This document shows, one piece after another, positions 19,231 to 27,961 of a stretch of DNA of 64,000 bases. Origin of the DNA: Candidatus Daviesbacteria bacterium. Its GTDB lineage: Bacteria > Patescibacteriota > Microgenomatia > Daviesbacterales > UBA10151. Within the stretch, counting starts at the first letter, position 1. Each line of letters opens with the position of its first letter. Below the pieces are notes generated by a model. It was not told the DNA's origin. It made no database searches and saw only the letters and a list, made by a program, of their open reading frames with translations. Both the position numbers and the translations under genes were made by a program. Location of the stretch: assembly GCA_016432425.1 (NCBI GenBank), contig CP066688.1, positions 726,647-790,646 of the forward strand, written 5' to 3'.

Positions 19231-19428
19231 TTATTTCTTTCCACCATCCATTAACAACATGTAAACTTTATACACTCCTACCACACCGATGACAATATAA
19301 ACTACTTTAGTTAAAGTAGTACCCGTACCCAAGATTGCTTCAACTAAATTCAGGTTGAGCAAACCAACTAGTCCCCAGTTAACAGCTGCTATAGCTACTA
19401 CCCAACCGACTAAAGCTTTGGTACCCAT
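19231..19428 (-). CDS. DUF378-family small membrane protein
   Basis: MGTKALVGWVVAIAAVNWGLVGLLNLNLVEAILG matches the DUF378 signature (..ALNWGLVG..). 65 aa, two TM helices. Confidence 0.7.
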   Translation of the reverse strand: MGTKALVGWVVAIAAVNWGLVGLLNLNLVEAILGTGTTLTKVVYIVIGVVGVYKVYMLLMDGGKK

Positions 19429-19499
19429 TTATATCACCTCCCCTCTATACTCCATTTTAGACACAAAAATATGGATGGTGTCAAATGGTAAAATTACTT

Positions 19500-22400
19500 T
19501 TAACGAAGAGAACGTGGAGTTGGCACTGAAGGTCTAACCGCTCCGATAATCTTTTCTAGACTTAAAAGATGTTGTTGTGGCGTATCGAATACCCGCAGTA
19601 TTCCCCATAAACCATCATTTAAATGATTGAAAAAGACGTTACATTTGAATAAAAAGTCCCCCGCAACACTCCCCGCACCTCCACCTCCCAAAAGCGTCAA
19701 ATTAAAAGCCCTGCCGGTATTAATACCTCCTTGAGTGTTTAGTATCGTTGATTGCGGATCATTTTGCTCATGCATCCAACTGTGTCCATGAAGATTAAAA
19801 GCATGTCCCCGAGGTTTATCTTGCGGATTAAAAACCCTCAAGACAACCGGATCACCTTTGTAAGCTTGAAATACCGGCGTGGCCGGGTCATTGTGTCCCA
19901 CTTCCGGATTGGAACTGAAAATCCATGCCTCTTCGCCCTCATGGGCAAGCCGGTTGGCAAAACGCTCTGCCCGGTAATTAATACCTTTATGCCCTTGGTC
20001 TTCCGGATCTGTCTTTCTTGGGGTATTGGAATCCTCTATATCCTCATGGCCTTCTTTAAGATCAGGAATTGGCAGATTGTTTTTACTAAAGAGGTTTAGA
20101 CCATCCTGAAAGGCAATTACAAACTCCCGAAAAGCTTTATATTTTCTCTCCGCTTGATCAAAATACTTAATCACTGCCGACTCCCCGCTTTCTGTTGGAG
20201 TACCTTTTTGAGGATCTAGATAAGTGGCAAATTTATGTTCAACTATTAAGCCCCCAAAAAGTCCATGGTGGCGATGCCCGCGGATGTCCCCAAAATCCGC
20301 CAAATTTATAATCCCCAAATTTTTAGTATCAACGTACCATTTGTAGCTAATGGTTTCCCCTGGTGCTATTGTCTGATCAAAATTATATCCTACAGTTGCC
20401 CCATCTGAACCAACCACGTCATATTTTAAAAGATGGGGGTGTAGGGAAACTCTTTTGCTGGTATTCCACCGAGGATTACTATCCTCTTTCTTTTCTTCTT
20501 CCTCCACACCACAGGAGTCAGCGCCAAACGCCTGATTGCAAACCGTCCCATCAGCAAGTTTAGGAAAAATATCTTCCGGCGGATGGGTATCACCCACATG
20601 GGGTTTAATCCCTTCTGTCGGCAGTAAATTTTTCAGTGTGATATTAATACAATCTCCTTCATTAGCCCGGATAAATAAAGGTTTATCAGAAGGAATTGGT
20701 TTATTGGCTTTGTCCAATAAAGTATACATCAGGCCATTGGGATCATGGTCTCCCTCGCCGTTATAGACAATTTTTTTAGAGATAGCTCCTAATTTGTAGT
20801 TTCGTTGTGGCGCTCCCGGCAAACAAGGATTTCCCGGACTCTTAGCTTTTTTCAAAGGTTCTCCTGGTTTTAAAGCTGGCCACTGCGAAGTGGCAACCGG
20901 AGGCTTATTTTGGGGCAATGGTTTTAGATCAGGAGTTTGTGAGGCAAAAACCCTCATAATTCCCCACATTCCGTTCCATAAATCATCCATCGGTAAAGAT
21001 CCATACAAATAATCGCCAGAAGATCCGGCCCCACCCAACAAGATTTGAGTTGCTCCGTGTATCATCTCTCCAATTTCCCTGGCTCTTTCTGCACCCGATA
21101 ACCTTTTAACCAATTTTGTCCCCTGAAGCTCAAAATTAAAAAACTCCGCAATGTTCATTGATTGGGCATCATACAAATTAGACTGGGGATCATCGGGCTC
21201 ATGTAGCCAACGATGGCCATGAATATTAAAATTATGTTGTTCTTCGTGAGCGCCTTGCACGAGACGGACCACAATCGGATCCCCCCGGTAAGCTTTAAAA
21301 ATCGGCGTGGCCGGATCTCCAAAAACAGCGGAACTAAAAATGTAGGCAGGATCATTTTTATTGGCAATTGAAGAAGGCAGATGCGGGTTGATTCTGATTT
21401 GGAAAGGTTCGTTGCGGTAGTTAACAGTCATGGTCCCCTGGTCTGCGCCATAATCTCCAGCTCCATCCATACCTCTGGGGGAAATCGGCACTATATCTTT
21501 CTCTGCAGGCCCTTGGTTTCCGGGTAAATCCGGAGCAGGCCTAAAGCCAGGCACAAAATCAGCGTAAAAAATACTAAATTCCCTAAAACTGGTACCCTTA
21601 GGAACAATAATATTAGCCGTCGTTCCCACCCCATCGCTGGAAGAACCATCTGGTTTTTCCCAGGTAGAACCATCTGGCTCCACATTCCAGGCAGCATAAA
21701 GACCATGCTGCTGGCCGGTGTTGGGAAATTGATGATCGTGGAAAAATACTGTCCGAAGATTCATATCCACAAAAAGCCTGCTGCCAATTGTTTGACCGGC
21801 CAGCGCTGACTGATCATAATTCCAACCGACCGAAGTTCCGTCAGAACTTAATAAATCGTACATAAAAAGATGCGTATGAACACTTAATTCGCTCATTGGT
21901 CCTTGATGATGAAAAATCTGGTCTTCAAACAGATCTTTTTCCCCATCTCCATGGATATCTACCGGCACAGGTTGGCCTACATTTTCAGGATTATTTAAAT
22001 CATCCTCATGGGTAAGGTTGGTAAAACGGATATTGGCGCATTCACCAACCTGGTTACGGATGACATAAGGTTCAGGCTTTTCTTTGCCGGATAAAACATC
22101 TTGAAGATGTGATTTTTCCACGTATAGTTTTCCGTCGGGATCTTGCCACCCACCTGTCCCGTTACCGCTTTCATTCATCACTAACGCTTTAAATGTGGGA
22201 TGGTCCGGATCAGCATCAATCGCCACCGGGTGATAGGTTCTTTCTTTAGCACCTGTTGGGCAAGGGTCCTGATAAAAAACGCCAGGTGTGGTATCACTCC
22301 CGGGTCGGCCGTTATTGCCGGCCATATTGGTTTTTTCCAACTCGGTTGGTTTTCTGACGGTATCTCCAGGGCGCCTGAGCGGTTTGTTATTTGCATCAGT

Positions 22401-24017
22401 TTGATAAGGGTCTTCAACCACAAAATTTGGCGGACGGTAAGCTTTTTGTAGAAACTGGCCTTTGATAAACAAAGGGAAACCCGGTTGTACCTCGGTGGGA
22501 GCAACTGTCAGTCCTTTTCTGTCTGGTAGTTCCTGCAGGGTTTCGATTGGTGTTCCGTCAGGATAAACTTGGTTATATTCTGTATTGCGAAGTTTGTCAA
22601 AGGTCCGCAAGGTCCCCCAAAAACCTTGGGCAAAATGAGGGTAAAGATGGCAGTGAAAAATAGCATCACCTGGTGATCCGGGAGCGGCGCCAGCCCCCTT
22701 CTCATAGCGTAACTGAAAAGTTTGTCCCGGCCCAGTCAGTTGAACATCTAATCGAGTGGAGTTGGGATCATCCGGTTCATGAAACCAGCGATGTTGATGT
22801 TGATGAAAAGTATGATGTTCTTTTTCTCCGGGATGAATAATACGAAAGCGCAGCGGATCACCCACATAAGCCTTGGGTATTAGATTGTCACTATCAACAA
22901 CAATTTTCCCACCCTCTGTTTTAGAAACCAGCTTGCCATGGTCTCCAAACGGCCAGGATTGCAGATGTACTTCCTCACTAAAACATTTAGCTGATTGATC
23001 AGGAGCGATCTCCTTTAAGTCGGTATCAAAACCGTCACAGAAATTATCTGTTGGTAAAATAACTCTCCCGTTTGGCAAAGTCACAATTTTACCGGCTCGA
23101 TGATCTAAAATAGCCCGCAATCTATTACGGAGCGGTTCAGAACGGTAATTAAAACCGAAAGTGGAGTCTTCTAAATTAGTGGTAGGAAAAGTCGGATGCG
23201 ATCCTGAAGCATCAATAATTTCTTCATTTTCATCTAAAAATACCAAAGCGTAATCTCTAAAGTCATTGGGATTTTCTTTATCTCCTCCGGGTACTTCAAT
23301 ATCTGCAAAAACCGGCGTCTCGACACCGATTAGCTTCCCTGCAATATCTTTTAAAATTTCAGCTCCGGTAACAGGATTTCTCCAAACAGAACCTTTGGGT
23401 TCAACAATAAATCCCCCGTAAAGACCAATCTTCATGGTGTTTTTTTCACTGGCAGGATTAGTATTGGCCATATCATTAATGGGGAACTGGCCTTCGTTTT
23501 CGGCATACCAGACGTAGACTCTTTCCTCTCCTGTGGCAGCAGTGGTATCATTGTTGAGGCCGACGCGGCTGCCGTCAGAGGTCTTTGGGTCATAAGATAA
23601 ACCTGCTATTGTCATACCTACCCGCTTATCCGGAACCTCATTTTTAAAACGGACTACCACACAATCCCCCGCATTGGCCCGAAGCACCAAAGGAGAAGCC
23701 AAATTTTTATTGCCTAAAATGCTGTCTTTATTGGGGAAAGCCTGAGGGTTATTTAAAGCGTAGATGTTAGCTTTTGTAAAACGGTCACCCCAACCATTTA
23801 GAGGTAAGTCTGATACTTCAAAAGCGGCTACATCATAATAAATAGTCCGCTCTGATTTTTTATCCTGACAGATTTTAGTATTTCCAGTCTCTGGATGATC
23901 GGATGAGTAAAGTGCCAAAACATGATGTTGTTTGAAAAGAAGAAAAAATACAGTTATTAAAAAGCCCACAAAAAGTAGGCATATTCTAAGCTTAAAATAA
24001 TTAATATTTAAATGCAT
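19500..24017 (-). CDS. giant (1505 aa) membrane-anchored multicopper-oxidase-like protein, three fused laccase-like modules
   Basis: N-terminal TM (ICLLFVGFLITVFFLLF). Module A has degenerate L1/L2 (MTIAGL; IGLYGGFIVEP without His) but intact L3 HTFHQHQHRWFHEPDDP and T1/T3 motif FHCHLYPHFAQGFWG. Module B has HTHLFMYD, FFHDHQF...HGLY and FNIHGHRWLHEPDDP; its L4 is lost (YGSLPMDDLWNGMWG). Module C has LHPHLLKYD, GHRHHGLFGGLIV and FNLHGHSWMHEQNDP; its L4 is degenerate (FKCNVFFNHLNDGLWG). Confidence 0.75.
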   Translation of the reverse strand: MHLNINYFKLRICLLFVGFLITVFFLLFKQHHVLALYSSDHPETGNTKICQDKKSERTIYYDVAAFEVSDLPLNGWGDRFTKANIYALNNPQAFPNKDSILGNKNLASPLVLRANAGDCVVVRFKNEVPDKRVGMTIAGLSYDPKTSDGSRVGLNNDTTAATGEERVYVWYAENEGQFPINDMANTNPASEKNTMKIGLYGGFIVEPKGSVWRNPVTGAEILKDIAGKLIGVETPVFADIEVPGGDKENPNDFRDYALVFLDENEEIIDASGSHPTFPTTNLEDSTFGFNYRSEPLRNRLRAILDHRAGKIVTLPNGRVILPTDNFCDGFDTDLKEIAPDQSAKCFSEEVHLQSWPFGDHGKLVSKTEGGKIVVDSDNLIPKAYVGDPLRFRIIHPGEKEHHTFHQHQHRWFHEPDDPNSTRLDVQLTGPGQTFQLRYEKGAGAAPGSPGDAIFHCHLYPHFAQGFWGTLRTFDKLRNTEYNQVYPDGTPIETLQELPDRKGLTVAPTEVQPGFPLFIKGQFLQKAYRPPNFVVEDPYQTDANNKPLRRPGDTVRKPTELEKTNMAGNNGRPGSDTTPGVFYQDPCPTGAKERTYHPVAIDADPDHPTFKALVMNESGNGTGGWQDPDGKLYVEKSHLQDVLSGKEKPEPYVIRNQVGECANIRFTNLTHEDDLNNPENVGQPVPVDIHGDGEKDLFEDQIFHHQGPMSELSVHTHLFMYDLLSSDGTSVGWNYDQSALAGQTIGSRLFVDMNLRTVFFHDHQFPNTGQQHGLYAAWNVEPDGSTWEKPDGSSSDGVGTTANIIVPKGTSFREFSIFYADFVPGFRPAPDLPGNQGPAEKDIVPISPRGMDGAGDYGADQGTMTVNYRNEPFQIRINPHLPSSIANKNDPAYIFSSAVFGDPATPIFKAYRGDPIVVRLVQGAHEEQHNFNIHGHRWLHEPDDPQSNLYDAQSMNIAEFFNFELQGTKLVKRLSGAERAREIGEMIHGATQILLGGAGSSGDYLYGSLPMDDLWNGMWGIMRVFASQTPDLKPLPQNKPPVATSQWPALKPGEPLKKAKSPGNPCLPGAPQRNYKLGAISKKIVYNGEGDHDPNGLMYTLLDKANKPIPSDKPLFIRANEGDCINITLKNLLPTEGIKPHVGDTHPPEDIFPKLADGTVCNQAFGADSCGVEEEEKKEDSNPRWNTSKRVSLHPHLLKYDVVGSDGATVGYNFDQTIAPGETISYKWYVDTKNLGIINLADFGDIRGHRHHGLFGGLIVEHKFATYLDPQKGTPTESGESAVIKYFDQAERKYKAFREFVIAFQDGLNLFSKNNLPIPDLKEGHEDIEDSNTPRKTDPEDQGHKGINYRAERFANRLAHEGEEAWIFSSNPEVGHNDPATPVFQAYKGDPVVLRVFNPQDKPRGHAFNLHGHSWMHEQNDPQSTILNTQGGINTGRAFNLTLLGGGGAGSVAGDFLFKCNVFFNHLNDGLWGILRVFDTPQQHLLSLEKIIGAVRPSVPTPRSLR

Positions 24018-24141
24018 TAAAAAAGGGATTTTAGAAAAATAATTAAGATTTTAGATCTTATTAATTAATTTATCTGGCGCCGCTAATAAACAAATAAGAA
24101 AACTGTAGGAAATTAGTAAAAGTACATAAGGAACTTTTTGT

Positions 24142-24432
24142 TTATCTAGCTATAGTCAATTCCAGTGGGAGAACTATTCCTGCTTGATCTTCAAGATTAC
24201 CCACTCTTTTATTTAGTTTACTAATATTATCTTTATTATTTTCCGTATTTACTGCTATTTGATTCAAGGTTACTTTTTGTGCATCCAAATCTTCTTGTAC
24301 TTCAGTCATATTTTCAGTTAATTTAACAGTTTGCTCCCATAGAGTATCAAGTTTTTTTACAACTGGTTCCAAAGCAGTATTAACCTCTTCCTTAACTACT
24401 CCCCGGATTTGATTTAGATCATCATTAATCAT
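24142..24432 (-). CDS. hypothetical small coiled-coil protein
   Basis: 96-aa ORF with heptad-like charged/hydrophobic pattern (LEPVVKKLDTLWEQTVKLTENMTEVQEDLDAQKVTLNQ). Confidence 0.35.
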   Translation of the reverse strand: MINDDLNQIRGVVKEEVNTALEPVVKKLDTLWEQTVKLTENMTEVQEDLDAQKVTLNQIAVNTENNKDNISKLNKRVGNLEDQAGIVLPLELTIAR

Positions 24433-24548
24433 AGATTTATATTATAAAAAATAACCTTAAGATTCAAGATAGATCATTTCAAATGGTAAAATTGCCCAAG
24501 TTTAAGGTATAATGATTTTGAAATTATCTTGATGGGAGGTGAGGAATT

Positions 24549-24797
24549 TTGGATAAAGTAATAGGTAAAGTAGTCCATTACTATGATAAATTAGGAGTGG
24601 CCATTATTGATCTGGAAACAGGTGGGTTAAAGATGGGAGATCAAGTTAAATTCAAACATGGTGAGGAAGAATTTACTCAGAAAGTGGAATCCTTACAGGT
24701 TGATCATGAAAATGTGGAATCTGTTAAAAAAGGAGATTCGTTTGGAGTAAAGGTTGATAACCCCACAAAACCAGGTACTGAAGTTTATCTTGCTTAA
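24549..24797 (+). CDS. hypothetical small beta-barrel protein (EF-Tu domain-II-like)
   Basis: 82 aa. VIGKVVHYYDKLGVAIIDLETGGLKMGDQVKF...GDSFGVKVDNP resembles translation-factor domain-2 beta-barrels. SD GGGAGGTGAGG upstream. Confidence 0.4.
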   Translation: MDKVIGKVVHYYDKLGVAIIDLETGGLKMGDQVKFKHGEEEFTQKVESLQVDHENVESVKKGDSFGVKVDNPTKPGTEVYLA

Positions 24798-24841
24798 GAT
24801 ATTATATTCGAGAGTAAGTTCATAATCTGTCCAAAACACAT

Positions 24842-24912
24842 TGCGGGATCGTCTAACGGTAGGACAACAGACTTTGGATCTGTTTATCATGGTTCGAATC
24901 CATGTCCCGCAG
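24842..24912 (+). tRNA. tRNA-Gln (anticodon TTG)
   Basis: Acceptor TGCGGGA/TCCCGCA; D-arm GTC-TAACGGTAG-GAC; anticodon stem ACAGA/TCTGT with loop CTTTGGA; T-arm CATGG-TTCGAAT-CCATG; discriminator G. No CCA. Confidence 0.8.
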
Positions 24913-24999
24913 CCCATTCGACTCTGGTTCGACTACTTCGACTGTGCTCAGTACGAGTTCGCTCACCATCGCTCAGGGCTATAGCCGAATTATATAATT
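24910..24999 (+). repeat. 90-bp perfect direct repeat, copy A, starting in the last 3 nt of tRNA-Gln
   Basis: CAGCCCATTCGACTCTGGTTCGACTACTTCGACTGTGCTCAGTACGAGTTCGCTCACCATCGCTCAGGGCTATAGCCGAATTATATAATT is identical to 26110-26199, offset exactly 1200 bp. Confidence 0.9.
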
Positions 25000-25059
25000 G
25001 AATTAATTCAGGATTTAAGTCGAATGGTCCTGAGTGAGCGAAGCGAATCGAAGGATAAC

Positions 25060-25332
25060 ATGCCCTATTTTGTTTATATTCTTAGAACCTCCTCTCAGAC
25101 ACTTTATATTGGACAAACTAATAATCTAGAAAAAAGGTTAAAAGAACATCAAAATAAAACTAGTAAATCTGCTAAGTACATTAAATACTTTGATTCATGT
25201 CAACTGGTTTATACGGAAGAATACCCTACAAGAATTGAAGCCATGAGGAGAGAATTTCAGCTAAAAAAATGGACAAAAGCCAAAAAAGAGTCACTAATAA
25301 GTGGTAATATCAAGCTGTTAAAAAAACTATGA
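25060..25332 (+). CDS. GIY-YIG nuclease-superfamily protein (YhbQ/UPF0213-like)
   Basis: MPYFVYILRTSSQTLYIGQTNNLEKRLKEH is a canonical GIY-YIG core. The 12 codons the ORF track places upstream (MVLSERSESKDN) are encoded by a copy of the dispersed ~30-nt repeat, so the start is more likely Met-13. Confidence 0.7.
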   Translation: MPYFVYILRTSSQTLYIGQTNNLEKRLKEHQNKTSKSAKYIKYFDSCQLVYTEEYPTRIEAMRREFQLKKWTKAKKESLISGNIKLLKKL

Positions 25333-25380
25333 ACTTACTAATATTCGATTCTAGGTTGAAATGTTAGGAAAAATCCCGAG

Positions 25381-25409
25381 GTGTCAACCTAATCCACCCC
25401 CGGGGTGGA
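25381..25409. repeat. hairpin repeat GTG(T/C)CAACCTAATCCACCCC(C)GGGGTGGA, copy 1 (terminator-like)
   Basis: Stem TCCACCCC/GGGGTGGA, located just downstream of the convergent GIY-YIG and DedA-like genes. Second copy at 26282-26310. Confidence 0.6.
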
Positions 25410-25468
25410 AAATGGAATTACTTCACTATGTGGGTTTCTAGAAAATGAAGAATAAATAATAAGCACTT

Positions 25469-26044
25469 TTAAAAAGAATGGGCTGCAATTATTACAATAA
25501 ATATCCCTATCGTGTTCAAAAGAAAGGTAAGTAGTAAAAATTGCCAGTTTTTTAACTTGGATGCTCCCAATAATCCTATCCCAACCTCGTCGGGGAATGG
25601 CGAAGCAATTATAAATGCTCCAAAGAGTGGCAAAAACCAAGCAAAGTACGGAGTTTTGAATAACTTAACAAGTAAATTACCTCCATTACTAAGGAATAGC
25701 GGTTTTAGTTCGTCAAATACTCTATCCCTTAAAAACCTAAATATTAAATAATCACCAATAACTGCCCCAGCCCCTGCAAATATTGCTACTAATAGAGGAT
25801 TTAAAGTATCAGCTAGAAAGAACAATAATACTGCTGCAGGGGCGACTGTAAAAATAGAAACAAATAGAATACCCCCGATAAATGCCCCAATATAACCAAA
25901 ATTACCAACAGTAGAAATTATATTCTTTGCAAATGGGTGGTCAGCAAAGATAAAGAATATAACCAAGCTTAAAACTAGTAATGCAGTATTTTTATAGTTC
26001 CAGTTTGTCCATTTTGAAGTGACATGCAAAATTTTTTCTTCCAT
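25469..26044 (-). CDS. polytopic membrane protein with DedA/VTT-like motif
   Basis: 191 aa, 5-6 TM segments. GAFIIASPFPDEVGIGLLGASKL resembles the DedA (F/L)PxxPG(E/D) re-entrant loop motif. Confidence 0.35.
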   Translation of the reverse strand: MEEKILHVTSKWTNWNYKNTALLVLSLVIFFIFADHPFAKNIISTVGNFGYIGAFIGGILFVSIFTVAPAAVLLFFLADTLNPLLVAIFAGAGAVIGDYLIFRFLRDRVFDELKPLFLSNGGNLLVKLFKTPYFAWFLPLFGAFIIASPFPDEVGIGLLGASKLKNWQFLLLTFLLNTIGIFIVIIAAHSF

Positions 26045-26109
26045 AATTATACTCTAGCATAATTCCATAAGTAGTCTTTATAATAAGTTCCAACATAGTC
26101 AACCAGTGC

Positions 26110-26199
26110 CAGCCCATTCGACTCTGGTTCGACTACTTCGACTGTGCTCAGTACGAGTTCGCTCACCATCGCTCAGGGCTATAGCCGAATTATATAATT
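26110..26199 (+). repeat. 90-bp perfect direct repeat, copy B
   Basis: Identical to 24910-24999. Confidence 0.9.
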
Positions 26200-26281
26200 T
26201 CTCTATTTATAGAAGCTAACTTCACCATTTCTGTTACCAGAGATGAGGTTAGAAATTACTTATTATAGGTAAGTTCCTTTG

Positions 26282-26310
26282 GTGCCAACCTAATCCACCC
26301 CCCAGGTGGA
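26282..26310. repeat. hairpin repeat, copy 2
   Basis: GGTGCCAACCTAATCCACCCCCCAGGTGGA; paired with 25381-25409. Confidence 0.6.
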
Positions 26311-26363
26311 TTGAAATTACAATATACCTATCTGAGAATAGGTTGAAAACTTGACTAACTGCC

Positions 26364-27680
26364 ATGTTATATTTTACAAAGTATAGATATAGGATAAAAA
26401 ATTTCTTTTCCATGGGTTCTCACTCGAAACTGCGAAAAAGTATCTACCAAAATCTCTTGGATCTTTGTACCGAGGAAGGGATTACTGCTTCCTCCCGAGA
26501 GGAAATTTTTGGTTGTATTTTTGGTCGGGATACTGCTTTAACTGTGTTAAAAATCCTGCGGGTTCATAGCAAAAATCCCAGCTTGCAACTTTTAGAAACT
26601 GCCAGAAAAGCCCTGCTGACTATGGTGGCTCTGCAAGGGAATACTCACAACTTGGAAAGTGGTGAACAGCCAGGTAAATTTATTCATGAGTACAGAACTG
26701 AGCGTTTTGAGCATTTGCTCATTTTAGAAAAACCTTGGTTTGTTTATCCTGATGGAGCTCTTAAAAATTATGACTCCCTGGACTGTACCCCCTTAACTTT
26801 AATTGCTATTTATAAATATTGGCAAATTACGGAGGACAGTCAATTTTTGCTGAGTGTTTTACCAGCGGTGGAGGCAGGACTAAATTGGCTGCTTAGCTGT
26901 GGCGATTTGGACCAAGATGGTCTGGTGGAATATAATTTACCAAAAAGAGCGCATGGAGGTTTAGTAGTACAGTCTTGGACAGATTCTCATGAATCAATCC
27001 GCCAAGCTGATGGTTTCTTTCCCAAATACCCCATTGCTCCGGTGGAAGTACAGGCTTTTGCCTGGTTAGCTTTATGGTTGTGGGCACATTATTTTGAGCT
27101 TAAGAGTCCCAAATTTGCTAAATTACTGCAAAAATCTGCCCAAAAATTAAAAAAAGCTTTTAATAAAAAATTCATCATTAATGATAAGAAGTTATATTAC
27201 GGAGCCCAGGCTTTAGATGGAGATAAGAAACCAATTAAAACTATTACTGGCAATCCCTTACTTTGTCTCTGGGCCACTCTGGAGAAAAATGGCCGCAGAG
27301 AGTGTATTTTGGAAGGTAGCTATATTGGGGATTTTGTTGCTCGCGCTTTTAAAAAAGACCTTTTTGACCCCGAAGCAGGAATTAGAACTATGAGTACTAA
27401 ATCCCCCACTTTTAATCCCAACCAAGACTGCTACCATAACGGTAGTTTTTGGCCCATTTTAAACGGTTTAATCCATGAAGGTTTGGAGATTTGGGGATTT
27501 GCCAAAGAAGCTAAAAAATTAAAACAGGCCTCACTCAAAGCCATTCTTTATTTTGGAACTCCCCTTGAGCTTTATATTAAAAATGGCCAAGGTCTTCTGG
27601 AATACCAATCTCCTACTGGCCAGCAGGGTTGCAGAGTTCAAGCTTGGTCAGCAGCCGCCACCCTGGATTTAATAACTTGA
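26364..27680 (+). CDS. amylo-alpha-1,6-glucosidase / glycogen-debranching-enzyme-like (alpha/alpha)6-barrel protein
   Basis: CIFGRDTALTVL (FGRD motif of the GDE_C family) plus an (alpha/alpha)6 hallmark pattern (DQDGLVEY, WTDS, FWPILNGL). 438 aa. Confidence 0.55.
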   Translation: MLYFTKYRYRIKNFFSMGSHSKLRKSIYQNLLDLCTEEGITASSREEIFGCIFGRDTALTVLKILRVHSKNPSLQLLETARKALLTMVALQGNTHNLESGEQPGKFIHEYRTERFEHLLILEKPWFVYPDGALKNYDSLDCTPLTLIAIYKYWQITEDSQFLLSVLPAVEAGLNWLLSCGDLDQDGLVEYNLPKRAHGGLVVQSWTDSHESIRQADGFFPKYPIAPVEVQAFAWLALWLWAHYFELKSPKFAKLLQKSAQKLKKAFNKKFIINDKKLYYGAQALDGDKKPIKTITGNPLLCLWATLEKNGRRECILEGSYIGDFVARAFKKDLFDPEAGIRTMSTKSPTFNPNQDCYHNGSFWPILNGLIHEGLEIWGFAKEAKKLKQASLKAILYFGTPLELYIKNGQGLLEYQSPTGQQGCRVQAWSAAATLDLIT

Positions 27681-27712
27681 CTTTATCTTAATTTAAGAGG
27701 CACAATGAGGGT

Positions 27713-27910
27713 ATGGATATGAAGAGGTCATATCAATATTTTGCCAAACATCCTCACTTTAATGCCATAGCCCATACCCTGGCCGGTATCGGGATAGGCA
27801 TGCTTTTAGTTTATCCTATTTTTGAGGGTCACACCGTCCGTTATGGACTTATTTTCTTAAGCTTAGGTTTAGCCTTACATGCTTATCCCCTCTTTATCGG
27901 CAAAAAGTAA
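27713..27910 (+). CDS. hypothetical small membrane protein
   Basis: 65 aa, two hydrophobic helices. Confidence 0.3.
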   Translation: MDMKRSYQYFAKHPHFNAIAHTLAGIGIGMLLVYPIFEGHTVRYGLIFLSLGLALHAYPLFIGKK

Positions 27911-27954
27911 TTGCGCGATCCCTTGCGCGATTATTACGCGATTTATGGTATAAT
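27911..27954 (+). promoter_or_regulatory. TGCGCGAT repeat array plus extended -10 promoter for the Fic gene (apparently leaderless)
   Basis: TTGCGCGAT at 27911 and 27924, TACGCGAT at 27936 (13-nt phasing), then TGgTATAAT (27946-27954) only 7 nt before the ATG at 27962. Confidence 0.5.
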
Positions 27955-27961
27955 ATAGCTA

